64,000 bases of DNA from Bryobacterales bacterium (GCA_963422375.2 OY729428.2:1728001-1792000); one strand, 5' to 3'; counted from the stretch's first letter, positions 7,832 through 19,302 are shown. Made by a program: numbers and translations. Notes: generated from the letters alone by a model not told the origin.

Positions 7832-10459
7832 TCAGAACGACAGGTGCAAGCTGAACCTGAACGCCCGACCGTCGTTGAGCGTGTTGGTGATCTGCCCGAA
7901 GTTGGGCGAGGTGAGCTCGCGGCCGGGCTCGGCGAACTGCGGGTGATTGAGGAGATTGAGACCCTCGGCGCGGAGCTGCAGCGACGTGTCGCTGGGTAGC
8001 GACCACTCCCTTGAGAGCGCGGCGTTGACATTGAAGATTCCGTCCTTGCGGAACGCGTTGCGGCCGAGGTTGCCCGCAGGGGCGAGCGGGTCGATAAATG
8101 CGAAGGCTGCTGTCGGCAGCATCCGCGTCGACGTGTCCGGGTCGTCCGCGGACTGCCCCAGCACGGAGGGGTCGAGCAGATTGGGCCGGTCGCCGGGGGA
8201 CCCGTCCACGTTGCCGAAGCCTTGGCCGTCCGATCCCGCGATGACGTCGAACGGCGTGCCCGACTTCGCGAGGATGACCGAGCTGAGGCGCCAGCCGCTC
8301 GTCAGGGCCCCCGTCGCGCCACGAGCTTGGGGCAAGTCCCAGGTGGCCTTGACCAGCAGGGCGTGGGGCTGGTCGAATGAGCTGACCGCGCGCATCTCGG
8401 CGTGCGAGTTGAATTCGGACTGGCTGCGTCCCAGCCGCCCGGAGCGTCCCGAGGCGGTGTTCGAGAAGTCGTTGCCCAGATCGATAGCCTTGCTCCACCA
8501 GTAGGACGACTCTAGGCTCACCCCCTTCCAGTTCGGCACGGTCAGCACCGCCTTGGCCGCGTCGAAGTAGCCTCGCGAGCCGTTCAGCACCAGGCGATTG
8601 TCGTAAAACCGCGGATCCGGTCGGCGCCGGTTCACGGTGCGCGTGGTCTGGGGTATCCCCGCGACGGGCCCCGCCCGGTTCGTGTACCACACCGTCAGCA
8701 GCTTGTGCGTCCGACTGCCGACGTACCCGAGGTCGAGCGTCCATCCGCGACCGAGGCCCCGCTGCCAGCTCAGCCCGTACTGGTGGGAATAGGGCGTCGC
8801 CAGCTCGGGATCCATGGAGAACACGGTCGAGCGCCCCTTGAGATTCAAGCCCGACGTCTCCAGTCTCGCGAGCGGACTGATCAGGTCGGGAGCCTGGAGG
8901 GTGACATTGACGTAGTGCGGGGGGCTGAAGCGCGCCTGCCCGTACGTGACGTCGAAGATCTGGCCATGCTGGAGGCCGTACGAGCCCCGCCAGACACCTA
9001 GGCCGCGACCAGGGCGGTAGGCGAAGCCGAAGCGCGGCGCGAGATTGTTGCAGTCGCAGTCGTACGGGATTCCCGTCAGCCCCTGGACTTCCCGCGGCGC
9101 GGTCACTGGCTCGTAGCGCAGGCCCAGATCCAGCGTCAGGGAATCCGAGACCCTCCACTTGTCGCCGAGGTAGTACTGCATGGCCCAGTTGCGGAAACCG
9201 CGGTGAATGTTGCCGATCGCCACACGGTACACGCTAGGAGTGCCGAGGCGGATGTTCGTGATCGCATCCCGGCCGAAATCGTTCCGGAAGAAGAATATGC
9301 CCCGGTGGCTCTCGGCTTCGGAACCGTTCACCTGCCTGCGGGTGACCTCGGTTCCGAACGTCCAAGCGTGGTCGCCCCGCCGGTGCTCGGCGCGTGCGGC
9401 GTAGGTGAAGCGGTTCAGGGCGCGGTCGATCGGAATGTTCGAGCTGGGGCCGAGAAATTCCACGACGAAGCCCGTGAGGACAAGCGGCCCCACGGACGAC
9501 TCCTCGGGAACGAGCAGGCTACCCACTCGCTCGTAGGCCGCGGAGACTTCGGTGGTTGTGGACGCGGACCAGATTCGCGTCCACCCCGCTGCTGCCACGT
9601 GGCTCTTGGTCGTGGTATCGGGATTCTGCCCGCCCACCAGCTGGAAGGCGTCGACCCTCTGCCCGGTGAATCCATACTGCATGGCGAGGTGGTCCCGCCT
9701 GCCCGCCGTCTGGCGGAGGCGCAGGGCCCCGCGGTCGTTGTTGATGCTCTGGATGTCGTTGGTGTTCAGGGCTCTCGGGTTGATGTCCGTTCGATTCGGC
9801 AGCTCGTCCGGGTAGGCGTCGAGCACCCGCTGGACATAGGCCCTCGCGGCGGGATCCGTGGCCAAAGGCGTTCGCTCGTCCGGGGCGGGCACTAAGACGT
9901 TGCCGTTCACATTGCCCCGCGAGCGGACTTGGTTCCCGTCCAGAGTGAGGGATGCGCCTTGCCACGGAGTCAGTCCTAGGGTGAATCCGAAAGTGTTGTC
10001 ATGGGCCGGGCGCACGCCTCCGGCCTGAAAGAACGACCGCGCGCTTGTCACGCTGTTCTGGTGAGTCCAGCGGAGCTCGGCATGCGGCTTTGACACCGCA
10101 GGGGCGGCCGCCTGCTTGTAGCGCTTCGGCGGTTGTCCAAACTCCGCAGCGAAGTAACGATTCTCGATCCGAAGGCCAAGTGGCACCGTCGCGGTCGTGC
10201 CCATGCGGGTCGTGAGTTCCCTTAGGACGTTGTTGTCGATCAGGGTGATCCGGACGTTTTCGTTCCGTCGCCCCTCGCCCTCGTCGGAGTCGACCTCGCC
10301 AAGCAGATTGAGCGCCGTCCTGCCCGCGTCGTCTCCGTCGGATTGCGCGGAAGCCTCCCTTTCTGCGGGAGGAGTCGCCGGAGGGGCGGCGTCTGGCGGC
10401 TCCTGCGCCGTCGCGGCCAAGGCGAGCGCCATCAGCCAGGCTGAAGCCAGTCGCCGCAC
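7832..10459 (-). CDS. TonB-dependent receptor-like outer-membrane beta-barrel (Oar-like)
   Basis: Signal peptide; DKWRVSDSLTLDLGLRYE, NNLAPRFGFAY, GNLGRN, LNHPQF; terminal F. Confidence 0.88.
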   Translation of the reverse strand: MRRLASAWLMALALAATAQEPPDAAPPATPPAEREASAQSDGDDAGRTALNLLGEVDSDEGEGRRNENVRITLIDNNVLRELTTRMGTTATVPLGLRIENRYFAAEFGQPPKRYKQAAAPAVSKPHAELRWTHQNSVTSARSFFQAGGVRPAHDNTFGFTLGLTPWQGASLTLDGNQVRSRGNVNGNVLVPAPDERTPLATDPAARAYVQRVLDAYPDELPNRTDINPRALNTNDIQSINNDRGALRLRQTAGRRDHLAMQYGFTGQRVDAFQLVGGQNPDTTTKSHVAAAGWTRIWSASTTTEVSAAYERVGSLLVPEESSVGPLVLTGFVVEFLGPSSNIPIDRALNRFTYAARAEHRRGDHAWTFGTEVTRRQVNGSEAESHRGIFFFRNDFGRDAITNIRLGTPSVYRVAIGNIHRGFRNWAMQYYLGDKWRVSDSLTLDLGLRYEPVTAPREVQGLTGIPYDCDCNNLAPRFGFAYRPGRGLGVWRGSYGLQHGQIFDVTYGQARFSPPHYVNVTLQAPDLISPLARLETSGLNLKGRSTVFSMDPELATPYSHQYGLSWQRGLGRGWTLDLGYVGSRTHKLLTVWYTNRAGPVAGIPQTTRTVNRRRPDPRFYDNRLVLNGSRGYFDAAKAVLTVPNWKGVSLESSYWWSKAIDLGNDFSNTASGRSGRLGRSQSEFNSHAEMRAVSSFDQPHALLVKATWDLPQARGATGALTSGWRLSSVILAKSGTPFDVIAGSDGQGFGNVDGSPGDRPNLLDPSVLGQSADDPDTSTRMLPTAAFAFIDPLAPAGNLGRNAFRKDGIFNVNAALSREWSLPSDTSLQLRAEGLNLLNHPQFAEPGRELTSPNFGQITNTLNDGRAFRFSLHLSF

Positions 10460-10643
10460 CCTTCGGGGATTCTCGCATACCTACTCGGGCGCGTCAGGCA
10501 GTCCGCTGACGGTTCCCGCGGGCGATTCGTTGCCTTCGCCCGGCCCTGTATGATCTACATGCGGCCGGAACACGAAGACCTGTCCCGGCGCGCGACGGCG
10601 CGGGGGCAGGCTTGCTCCGGCAAGTGCCGAACAGGGAGGCTCG

Positions 10644-11423
10644 ATGAGGAAGCTGGATGGCAAAGTGGCTCTGGTCACCGGAGCCGGGCGGGGCATCGGA
10701 CGAGCGATCGCCATCGCGCTTGCGAAGGAGGGCGCGCGCGTGGCCCTCTCCGCAAGGACAGGTGCCGAACTGAGGGGAGTCGAGGCTGTGATCGGGACCT
10801 TTGGCGAAACCGCGCGCACGTACGAGGTGGACTTGGCGGATCGCGAGTCTTCCGGCTTCCTGGCGGGCGCTGTGGCGCGGGACCTGGGCCCGGTGGAAAT
10901 TCTCGTGAACAACGCCGGCGTGGGGGGCGGTGCCAAGTTCAGGCCCGTCGAGCGATTCGACGACGACCACTGGCATCTGACGCTGGCTGTAAATCTGACC
11001 GCTCCGTACCTGCTGACCAAGGCCGTCCTGCCCGCCATGCTAGAGCGGCGCTGGGGGCGCGTCATCACGGTGGCCTCGATCAACTCCAAGAGGGCCTCGT
11101 ACCATGGCTGTGCCTACGCTGCGAGCAAGCACGGAGTGATGGGATTCATGCGCAGTTTGGCGCTGGAGTCAGCCCCGTTCGGCGTTACGGCGAACTGCAT
11201 TTGCCCCGGTCCCGTCGAGACGGCCATGCTGGCCAAGCGCATCGAGTACGACTCCGTCCGGCTGGGCCGGACCGCTGTCGAGCACGTGAAGCAGATGACT
11301 CCGATGGGCAAGATTCTGGTCCCAGAGGACATCGCTCCGATGGCTGTCTACCTTGCCTCCGACGATGCCCGCATGATTACCGGCCAGGCGTACAACGTCT
11401 GCGGCGGAATGGTGATGCATTAG
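10644..11423 (+). CDS. SDR family oxidoreductase
   Basis: TGAGRGIG, NNAG, YAASK, ICPGPVET; GGGAGG RBS. Confidence 0.95.
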   Translation: MRKLDGKVALVTGAGRGIGRAIAIALAKEGARVALSARTGAELRGVEAVIGTFGETARTYEVDLADRESSGFLAGAVARDLGPVEILVNNAGVGGGAKFRPVERFDDDHWHLTLAVNLTAPYLLTKAVLPAMLERRWGRVITVASINSKRASYHGCAYAASKHGVMGFMRSLALESAPFGVTANCICPGPVETAMLAKRIEYDSVRLGRTAVEHVKQMTPMGKILVPEDIAPMAVYLASDDARMITGQAYNVCGGMVMH

Positions 11424-11439
11424 GTCGTGGCTGGTCGTG

Positions 11440-12600
11440 GCAGGTGCGTGGGGATGCTCTGCCGGGAGTTGCTGGGCTGGACCCACAAAGCGGGGAGGAC
11501 TCGCCGTAGGGCGGGCCTCGGGTCCTGCGGCGTGGGCATATTCACCCGAGTCTTACGCATGGCGGGCTGAGAGATTCACTCGGAGAGTGCCATACCCGTT
11601 CATTGCACTGCTCGGAGAAACTCCATGGAATGCTGTCTTGACTTCCACGCTCGATCCAACATTGGTCGAATTGTTTTCGGGATAAGAGAGAGTTCCAGAA
11701 GTTATCTTGACGGACGCTAAAACGCCTCCTGGAATCCGAAGAAGAAGACGCCCTCCAATTCATTTTCTCTCTAGCCATGCAGCATTGAGAGACGCCAATG
11801 AACTCCCTACAGCAAATTGAAAACCACCGCCGAATTCAACATGTGGTTCCTCTCTCTAATCGTGTGTTGGACACAGCCACAAATCTCGGGATCATCGTTG
11901 TCGAGGGATTCAACAGCGGCAACGATCTCATGAGACTTGGAGATATACTAGAAACTCTCGAGAGTGCATCCGGTGGGCAGGTGCTTTGGTTTGGAGGAGC
12001 TCATCAAATGAATCATGAATACAAGATTGATCTCAATGCGGGGGTCGAGTCTCGACAGATCCTAATGGTTGAGGAATACCTAAGTACTATAATCGCAGAT
12101 CTCCGTGCAATCGGCAAGCTCGGAAGGGTCATTGAATCGGATTCTGAGGAAGTCGTAATCATTACACATAAGAATGGAAATCAACTCGAGACTACTCATC
12201 ATCTCCGCTTGACGGTTTGAGCAGTCGCCTCAATTGTCGACGATGCGTAGACCGCCTTTCTTCCATCCTTAGGGCCGGTGTAGAATATGATGCCGTTCGC
12301 AAATTACATGGTCAATTAAGAGGTCTTCGTGCTCTTGTTGAAGGTGTGCATCGAGAGTTTTCCATCAGGCGCGAATTAGAATGAGTCTTGTATCACCGAG
12401 AAGCTACCGGAATCTCTAGCCACTCGGCCTTGAATGATCCGATTGTTATGCACGGGAAATCTAGTACAGGAGTTACCGGTCAGGAGTCTATCGGTAGTAG
12501 GGATATATTTGAACGGCCCCGGAAGACTCCACTTCGCATGGGGCGTCGTACGCTTGTCTGCAGCCCCCTGCCTCTTGTCAGCGGTCCGACAGTGTGACAT
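11440..12600 (+). pseudogene. Degraded lower-GC gene, probably SIR2-like domain plus P-loop NTPase
   Basis: Consecutive fragments: PWNAVLTSTLDPTLVELF (SIR2-like), GIIVVEGFNSGND, PIVMHGKSSTG (Walker A-like); several stops and frameshifts; visibly lower GC. Confidence 0.45.
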
Positions 12601-12928
12601 AGGCAGTACTCGTCAGGCACGCGATAATTGCCGTGGAAGAGACTCTCACGAGATCAGATTTGAGTGGAGAATAGCCTAGCAAGATTCCGAAGCTTGCGGA
12701 GCATCGCAAGTCTTGAATTGTTCGAGGTGCAACGACCGGTCCTGAGGTACTCTATATGCCAAGAATGTATTGGATTGATGGATTTGCGTTTCGGTTCAGT
12801 TTCGAGCCCTTGCGTCTGCTTGGTCGGAAAGAATTCCGCTATTGGCCGTCCATGCGGTCGGACAGGTGGGCCTGCACTTAGGACGCTTGGAGGTGTTCTT
12901 CAATTGGGGCATCTTTGGCAGATTTCGG

Positions 12929-14020
12929 TCAGTCCGCGGGTTGCAGCCTGTTGATGGCCTCGTGGTCGAACTCCAGTCCTAGTCCGGGCGCTTCGGGAAG
13001 CACGACCTGTCCGTTGACGATGTTGCAGGCCTGCTTGAACAGCGGAAGCGCCCACGGCATGAACTCGACGATGAGGCCGTTAGGCGCCGCCGCGACGCAA
13101 TGCGCGAGGATTTCCGGCGCGAGGTGACTGACGACCGGCCTGTTAAAGCATTCCGCGAGGTGGGCGACCTTCATCCAGTGCGTGATGCCGCCCGCGCGCA
13201 GCAGGTCGACCATCACGATGTCGACGCTCCCTCTCTGGAGCATATGGGCGAACGGGGCGATTCCATAGTGGTACTCCCCCGTAGCGATGGGCGTGTCGAG
13301 CGCGTCGGCCACCCGCGCCATGCCGTCATAGTCCTGATGGTGGATGGGATCCTCCAGCCAGAATAGCCCGCACTCTTCCATCGAGCGTCCGACCCGAATC
13401 GCTCGATCTACGCTCCACCCTTGGTTGATGTCGACCATCAGGTCGACTTCGTCGCCCACCGCCTCGCGCAATGACCGCATGCGCTGAACTTCCTCTGCTG
13501 CCGATTCCGCGCTGCCCATGCGAAACTTCATGGCCCGAAATCCTTGGGACACGAGCTCGGATCCCTTGCGGGCAAGTCTCGTGGCGTCGTAGTCCCGCCA
13601 CAGGAAACCGCTGGCGTAGGCTTCGACGCGGTTCGACCCGCCCCCGAGCAGGCGGAAGAGCGGCTGACCGGCGGCCTTTGCCTTGATGTCCCACAAAGCC
13701 ACGTCGATAGCCGCTGCGGCAGAAGTCACCAGTCCCGCGGGCGCTCCGAAGCCGCCCAGCTCGAGCAGCGTCGCGCTGACTGACTCGACCGCATGAGGAT
13801 CCTCGCCCACTGCCCGCTCGGCGAGAGCGTTCAACATCTCGCGGAGGGGCTTGAGCATCTCGATGCTGACGAAGCCGGCGTATCCGATCCCTTCGATGCC
13901 TTGGTCGGTCCGCAGTTCGACCGTCGCGAAATTGGCGACCTTGGCGGCAATCGATTCTTGGGCGAGATCGGCCAGCTGGGACGGGCAGGCGACCCGCGTT
14001 CGGAAGGAGCAGATCTTCAT
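12929..14020 (-). CDS. Mandelate racemase/muconate lactonizing enzyme family
   Basis: AAIDVALWDIKAK, MKFRMG, MVDINQGW, WLEDP, ATGE, VSH, PGLGLEFD; probable start ATG 14020. Confidence 0.92.
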   Translation of the reverse strand: MKICSFRTRVACPSQLADLAQESIAAKVANFATVELRTDQGIEGIGYAGFVSIEMLKPLREMLNALAERAVGEDPHAVESVSATLLELGGFGAPAGLVTSAAAAIDVALWDIKAKAAGQPLFRLLGGGSNRVEAYASGFLWRDYDATRLARKGSELVSQGFRAMKFRMGSAESAAEEVQRMRSLREAVGDEVDLMVDINQGWSVDRAIRVGRSMEECGLFWLEDPIHHQDYDGMARVADALDTPIATGEYHYGIAPFAHMLQRGSVDIVMVDLLRAGGITHWMKVAHLAECFNRPVVSHLAPEILAHCVAAAPNGLIVEFMPWALPLFKQACNIVNGQVVLPEAPGLGLEFDHEAINRLQPAD

Positions 14021-14116
14021 GATGTCGGTCCAAGGCAGCGAGCGGGGCGACGGAGATGCCGTATCGCCCGGCACCGCTAAATCAGACAGTATACGAGGGA
14101 GCCGCGAAAATCTCGG

Positions 14117-14400
14117 CTAGTTCGTCCGGCACCAGGCCAAGCGGATCCGGTACGAATGACCTCCAGGCGCCACGGGAGCCGTCTCGATCACCAACGTGTC
14201 ACCGTCCAGCCGGAAATGCCGGAGCTGTTCCGTGCCCACCCGGTTCGGATCCCGGCTGCCGAGCACGCGATGGGTGACCGAGCCTGCACCGTTGTCCGCC
14301 GCGTAGGTTCCGAAGTAGCCGAGGTATCCGAGTAACGTCGCGTGGGTCTTCTGAGGGCTCGCTCGCCGCGCGCCCCGGCTGAGCCGCCGGACATCGCGGC
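14117..14400 (-). pseudogene. Lipocalin-like domain protein, C-terminal part
   Basis: GYLGYFGTY...VTHRVLGS..PNRVGTEQLRHFRLDGDTL...RLAW; N-terminus not recognisable. Confidence 0.6.
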
Positions 14401-15189
14401 GTATCAGATGGCCTGACTCATAGTTGCTCGAGGCGGAGCCCAAAAGCCCCTCCGGGTCGGGGCGCTAGGGCAGGTTGGCTTGGCCGATTGGCCAGAGGAT
14501 CTCGCATCGGACGAGCCGGTAGGTCGCTTGGATATTCATTCCCGCTCTCGCATGTTGACGACCGCGGTCCCGTTGGCCGGCCCCTCCGCCGCGGCCGGCG
14601 GCGCGGCCATCAAGGCCCCAGCGCAACCGGGAAGCCGGAAGGCCGCGTCCACGCGATCAGCCGGGACTCGACCGCAAGCGGTCTATCTGCTCGGTCCTCG
14701 AGGGCACGGCCATGCGTGCCGACCCCGCCAGTCCGGCCAGATTCAATCTGGGCGAATGGGCAGGTTCCGAATGGGTCTCCGGCAGGATATCGTGTTCGGA
14801 ATCCGTAGCGGTCCGCGCTTCCGACATCAGACCAGCCGAATCCGATTGGCGGAATCGCGGCGAGGTGCGCCTCGGAGCCCGCGCAGCACGATGTACCTGC
14901 ACGCTGTCTTGGCGCCCGTGGGTTCTGGAACATCGCTCCGGACACCGGCTCTCGGTCCGCCCAGGCGCTGGCAACCTCCCGTAGAATGCTCGCGAGCTTG
15001 CGTGCGGAGTCCCTGCCCGGGTCTCCAGGCAGACCGGGCAGTCGAGGTGCCGCCGGTAACGCACCTGTAACCGAGAAGTAATGCGGTCGTGGTGACCCGC
15101 AATTCCGACGTGACATTTGGTTGGGACTCTCGAATTGACGCCCCTTTTCGCGGGGGCGATCACGAGAAGGGAGTCTAAAGACCAAGAAA

Positions 15190-16340
15190 ACACTCTTTCC
15201 TTCCGGCGACGTCGGATTCAAAGGCAACGAGCCTCGGCGCTCTTGCAGCGACCCCCTTGACGCGGTGCTCACCCGCCGAATCAGGCGCCGTGCATTTCTC
15301 AAGGGAGGACTGCTTGCGCCCGAGTGCATCTTGGGTCCGGCCTCGAACCTGCGGGGGAGCAGCCACGAGGGCACGCTCGCATTTTCGCCCATCGCAGGCA
15401 GTCCGGCCGACCAGATCGGAGTTCCTTAGGGCCACACATGGGTTCCGCTGGCCGAGTTGGGGCAGCCTCTCACCACGGGCACGCCGGAGTTCGACTCCGG
15501 AAACCCGGGACGACGCCCGCTTAGAAGGCGTCTACGGGTGCGCCTTCGACGGGGTCCACGAGGAATGCAACCTAAGCAGCTCCTCGACAGCGGCACTCTC
15601 TACTTGGCCAATTTCAACGACAATGGCAACGGCGGGCGGATGCCGCTGGTCTACGAGAGCGGTCCGCTGAACGCTAGCATCGGGCTTAAGAGCCAAGCCG
15701 CCGCCCTGCCCATTGCCCGCCAAGCCGGCGGCCTGCTGGGAGCGACCCAGATGGACCGTCCCGAGAACACCTACACTAACCCGTCACGGGAGATGTGTAC
15801 GTGGCGCTATCCAACAACACCCGTCGCGAGGCCGGCAGGGAGACTCCGGCCAATCCCCACGCCCCCAACCCGATGGGACACATTGTCGAGATCGTCGAGG
15901 ACGGCAACGACACCGGCGCCACGCCATTGAAGCGGCAGATCTTCATGCTCTGCGGCAACCCGGCCGACGCGTCGCACGGAGCGTACTCCGCCGGATCCGA
16001 CACCAGCCGCGTGAGCGAAGTCGCGAACCTGGACAATCTGGCCTTCGACCGCCACGGCAACCTGCTGATCGCCACCGACGGCCAGCCCCGGCGGAGCGGA
16101 ATCGACGACGGCGCCTTCTTCGTTCCAGCCGAGGGCGAGGAGCGCGGCTAGAACTGCCAGATATTCAGCGGGGTTGTCGGTGCCGAGTGCGCTTCGACGA
16201 TCTTGAACTCGGCCCAGGAGCGAATGCTCGTTGCGATCCAGCATCCGGGACAGGGCGGTACGTGCGAGGACCGGGTCTGGACCTTCGGCGGACCGGATGT
16301 CAACCGTCCGACGGTCGTCGCGGTCACGAGGACGCAGGCC
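15190..16340 (+). pseudogene. phoX: PhoX (DUF839) alkaline phosphatase, internally deleted and frameshifted
   Basis: Tat-like RRRAFLKG; LLDSGTLY, GATQMDRPE, YVALSNN, NLDNLAFD..GNLLIATDG, VAIQHPG in different frames; stop at 16149-16151. Confidence 0.82.
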
Positions 16341-16453
16341 CCCCTATCGCATCGGCGCGTGGTCGAGGAGCGCAATCACCGGGCGGCAGGCCTCCCGCCG
16401 CCCGGGCAGCGAAGCAGGGGGGCCCTCGACCGAAGCCGGAGCGGGCGGTGGAG

Positions 16454-17953
16454 CTAGCCCCGAGAGTTTCCGCGCCCCCGCTCGGGCTGCCAGGTCAGGA
16501 CGGGCTTCCTCGCAGCACGCGTCTCGTCGACGCGGCTGGTGCGGGTGCTGGTCGGCGCGCGCCGGATCAGTTCTGGGTCGCTCTCGGCTTCGTCCGCGAT
16601 CGCCTGCATGGCTGCCACGAACTCGTCCAGCTCCTGCTTGCTCTCGGTCTCGGTCGGCTCGATCATCAGCGCGCCCCGGACTATCAGGGGAAAGCTCACG
16701 GTGTAGGGGTGGAAGCCGTAGTCGATCAGACGCTTGGCGATCTCCCCGGTCCTCACGCCGCGCTTCGCTTGCCGTGCGTCGCTGAAGACGCACTCGTGCA
16801 TCGATGGCGCGCTGAACGGCAGGTCGTAGCGGTCCTCCAGCCCCTTGCGGACGTAGTTCGCGTTGAGCACGGCGTCCACCGTGGCGTTTCGCAAGCCGTC
16901 GCCGCCGTGGGCCAGGATGTAGGCCAGCGCCCGCACGAGGACGCCGAAATTGCCGTAGAACGCGCGCACCCGGCCGATCGACAAGCTGCGGTCCCAGTCG
17001 TAGCGCAGGCCCGCAGCAGTGTCACGGATCCGCGGAACCGGCAGGAACGGCTCTAGGTGGCGGCGCACCGCGACGGGTCCCGCGCCCGGCCCGCCCCCGC
17101 CGTGGGGGGTCGAGAACGTCTTGTGCAGGTTCAGGTGCATCACGTCGACGCCGAAGTCTCCGGGCTTGGCTATCCCGACGAGCGCGTTCATATTCGCGCC
17201 GTCCATGTACAGCTGCGCCCCGCGGGCGTGCAGCAGGCCCGCGACGCGCCCGATCTCCTGCTCGAAGATGCCCAGAGTGTTGGGATTGGTGACCATCAGA
17301 GCGGCGACGTTGTCGTCGACCGCTGCCTCGAGTGCTGCGAGGTCGATCGTGCCCCGGGAGTTGGAGCGGATCTCGACCACCTCGTAGCCCGCGATGCGGG
17401 CGGTGGCCGGGTTCGTGCCGTGAGCCGAATCCGGGATGAGGACGACGCGCCGGGCGTCGCCGAGCGAGTCGTGGTACGCGCGCACCAGCAGCAGGCCCGT
17501 CAGTTCGCCGTGGGCCCCCGCCGCCGGCTGGAGCGTGACGGCGTCCATGCCCGTGATGTCGGCAAGGTAGCGCTCCAACGTGACCTGAATCCGCTGCATC
17601 CCTTGAGAGAGGGCCTCGGGCTGGTACGGGTGCGCGTCGATGATGCCCTCGATGCGCGCCACCGCCTCGTTGAGGCGGGGGTTGTACTTCATCGTGCAGG
17701 AGCCCAGCGGGTACATCCCGAGGTCGATGGCGTAGTTCCAGGTCGATAGCCGGGTGAAGTGGCGAATGACCTCCACCTCGCTGACCTCCGGGAAGCCCTC
17801 GATGTCCCTCCGGACGCAGCCTGGCCCTAGCGCCTCGAGGGGATCGACGGCCGGCACGTCGAGCGGCGGCAGCTGGTAGCCGACCTTGCCCGGCGAGGAG
17901 CGCTCGAAGATGAGCGGCTCGTCCTGTGTCTGGTGCGGCCGGATCCTACGCAT
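16454..17953 (-). CDS. gcvPB: Glycine dehydrogenase (decarboxylating) subunit 2
   Basis: YPLGSCTMKYNP, QPAAGAHGE, SAHGTNPA, HLNLHKTFSTPHGGGGPG. Confidence 0.97.
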   Translation of the reverse strand: MRRIRPHQTQDEPLIFERSSPGKVGYQLPPLDVPAVDPLEALGPGCVRRDIEGFPEVSEVEVIRHFTRLSTWNYAIDLGMYPLGSCTMKYNPRLNEAVARIEGIIDAHPYQPEALSQGMQRIQVTLERYLADITGMDAVTLQPAAGAHGELTGLLLVRAYHDSLGDARRVVLIPDSAHGTNPATARIAGYEVVEIRSNSRGTIDLAALEAAVDDNVAALMVTNPNTLGIFEQEIGRVAGLLHARGAQLYMDGANMNALVGIAKPGDFGVDVMHLNLHKTFSTPHGGGGPGAGPVAVRRHLEPFLPVPRIRDTAAGLRYDWDRSLSIGRVRAFYGNFGVLVRALAYILAHGGDGLRNATVDAVLNANYVRKGLEDRYDLPFSAPSMHECVFSDARQAKRGVRTGEIAKRLIDYGFHPYTVSFPLIVRGALMIEPTETESKQELDEFVAAMQAIADEAESDPELIRRAPTSTRTSRVDETRAARKPVLTWQPERGRGNSRG

Positions 17954-19289
17954 CGCCCTTTTTCCGGAAGCACGCCGCGTAGCGCTCCAGCGCGTCGCGG
18001 GTCGATGTCTCCGTGGCGCACACCAGCAAGGTCCCGGCCAATTCCGGGTAGAAGCGGCCGAGGTCGAGTCCGCCGATGATCCGCTCGCCGAGGGCGCGGG
18101 CGTTCACCTCGCTCGCGGGCAGCCGGGTCGGCCGAACCGCGAATTCGTTGAAGAACGACCCGGCAAATGGCAGGTCGGCACCGGCCGCCCGCAGGCGATC
18201 CGCGAGGAAGTGCGCCTTGCAGAGGTTCTGCTCGGCGAGCTCGCGCAGGCCCTTCCTGCCCATCAGCGTCATGTAGATAGTGGCCATTAGTGCGACCAGC
18301 GCCTGGTTCGTGCAGATGTTGGAGGTCGCGCGGGCGCGACGGATATGCTGCTCGCGGGTGGCCAGCGTGAGGCAGTAGGCGCGCCTGCCGCGGGAATCGA
18401 GCGTCTCCCCTACGAGCCGTCCCGGCATCTGTCGGATGTGCTTGGTCTTCGTCGCGAGGACGCCGACGTACGGGCCGCCGTAGCTGGGGGGGTGGGCGAA
18501 CGATTGCAGCTCTCCCGCCACGATGTCGGCATCCTTCGGAGGCTCGAGGAGGCCCAGCGAGACGGCCTCGGAGAACACCGCGACAAGCAGCGCCCCCCGG
18601 CGGCGGACGAGTTCGACCGCCTCGCCGATTCGCTCCACGACACCGAAGAAATTCGGCGTCTGCAATATCACCGCCGCCACGTCGTCGGACAGCTTCGCTT
18701 CGAGATCCTCGAGGTCGATCTGCCCGCTCGCCCGGTCGTACGCGAGGGTCTCGCACGGCAGGGCTTGGTGCCTGAAGTAGGTGTCGAGGACCTGACGGTA
18801 CTCGGGGTGCAGCGTGCGCGCTACCAGCAGCCGGTTGCGGCGGGTGATGCGCGCTGCCATCATGCCCGCCTCCGGGACCGCCGTCGAGCCGTCGTACATC
18901 GACGCATTTGCGACGTCCATGCCGGTGAGCTGGGCGACCATCGTCTGAAACTCGAAGATGCTGGTGAGGATTCCTTGCGAGTACTCCGCCTGGTAGGGCG
19001 TGTAGGCGGTGAGAAACTCGCCGCGAGTCGCGAGCGAGTCGACCACGACGGGCCTGTAGTGGTTGTATGCGCCCGCTCCGAGTAGGCAAGCGTAGCCCTT
19101 GCAGCTCTCGCTGGCGCGCGCTTCGAAGTAGTCCCGGATTTCGTATTCCGATCGGCCCGGCGGAATAGCGAGAGGCTCGCTCTGCCGGTGTGACGCCGGG
19201 ATGCCGCCGAACAGATCCTGGGCAGAATCGAGGCCGATCGCGGAAAGCATCTCGCCCCGCTCCGCAGGGGACTTGGGAAGGTAGCGCAA
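17946..19289 (-). CDS. gcvPA: Glycine dehydrogenase (decarboxylating) subunit 1
   Basis: MRYLP, FLTAYTPYQAEYSQG, NASMYDG, TREQHIRRARATSNICTNQ. Confidence 0.97.
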   Translation of the reverse strand: MRYLPKSPAERGEMLSAIGLDSAQDLFGGIPASHRQSEPLAIPPGRSEYEIRDYFEARASESCKGYACLLGAGAYNHYRPVVVDSLATRGEFLTAYTPYQAEYSQGILTSIFEFQTMVAQLTGMDVANASMYDGSTAVPEAGMMAARITRRNRLLVARTLHPEYRQVLDTYFRHQALPCETLAYDRASGQIDLEDLEAKLSDDVAAVILQTPNFFGVVERIGEAVELVRRRGALLVAVFSEAVSLGLLEPPKDADIVAGELQSFAHPPSYGGPYVGVLATKTKHIRQMPGRLVGETLDSRGRRAYCLTLATREQHIRRARATSNICTNQALVALMATIYMTLMGRKGLRELAEQNLCKAHFLADRLRAAGADLPFAGSFFNEFAVRPTRLPASEVNARALGERIIGGLDLGRFYPELAGTLLVCATETSTRDALERYAACFRKKGDA

Positions 19290-19302
19290 AGGGCTTCCCC
19301 CG

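Noticed and set aside
7146..9158. 670-aa ORF and the many other long overlapping ORFs (e.g. 22786-24330, 45847-47706, 46497-48296)
   Set aside because: Arg/Pro/Ala-rich shadow frames of real genes in high-GC DNA
14480..15150. Coding gene between the lipocalin fragment and phoX
   Set aside because: No frame gives a recognisable protein
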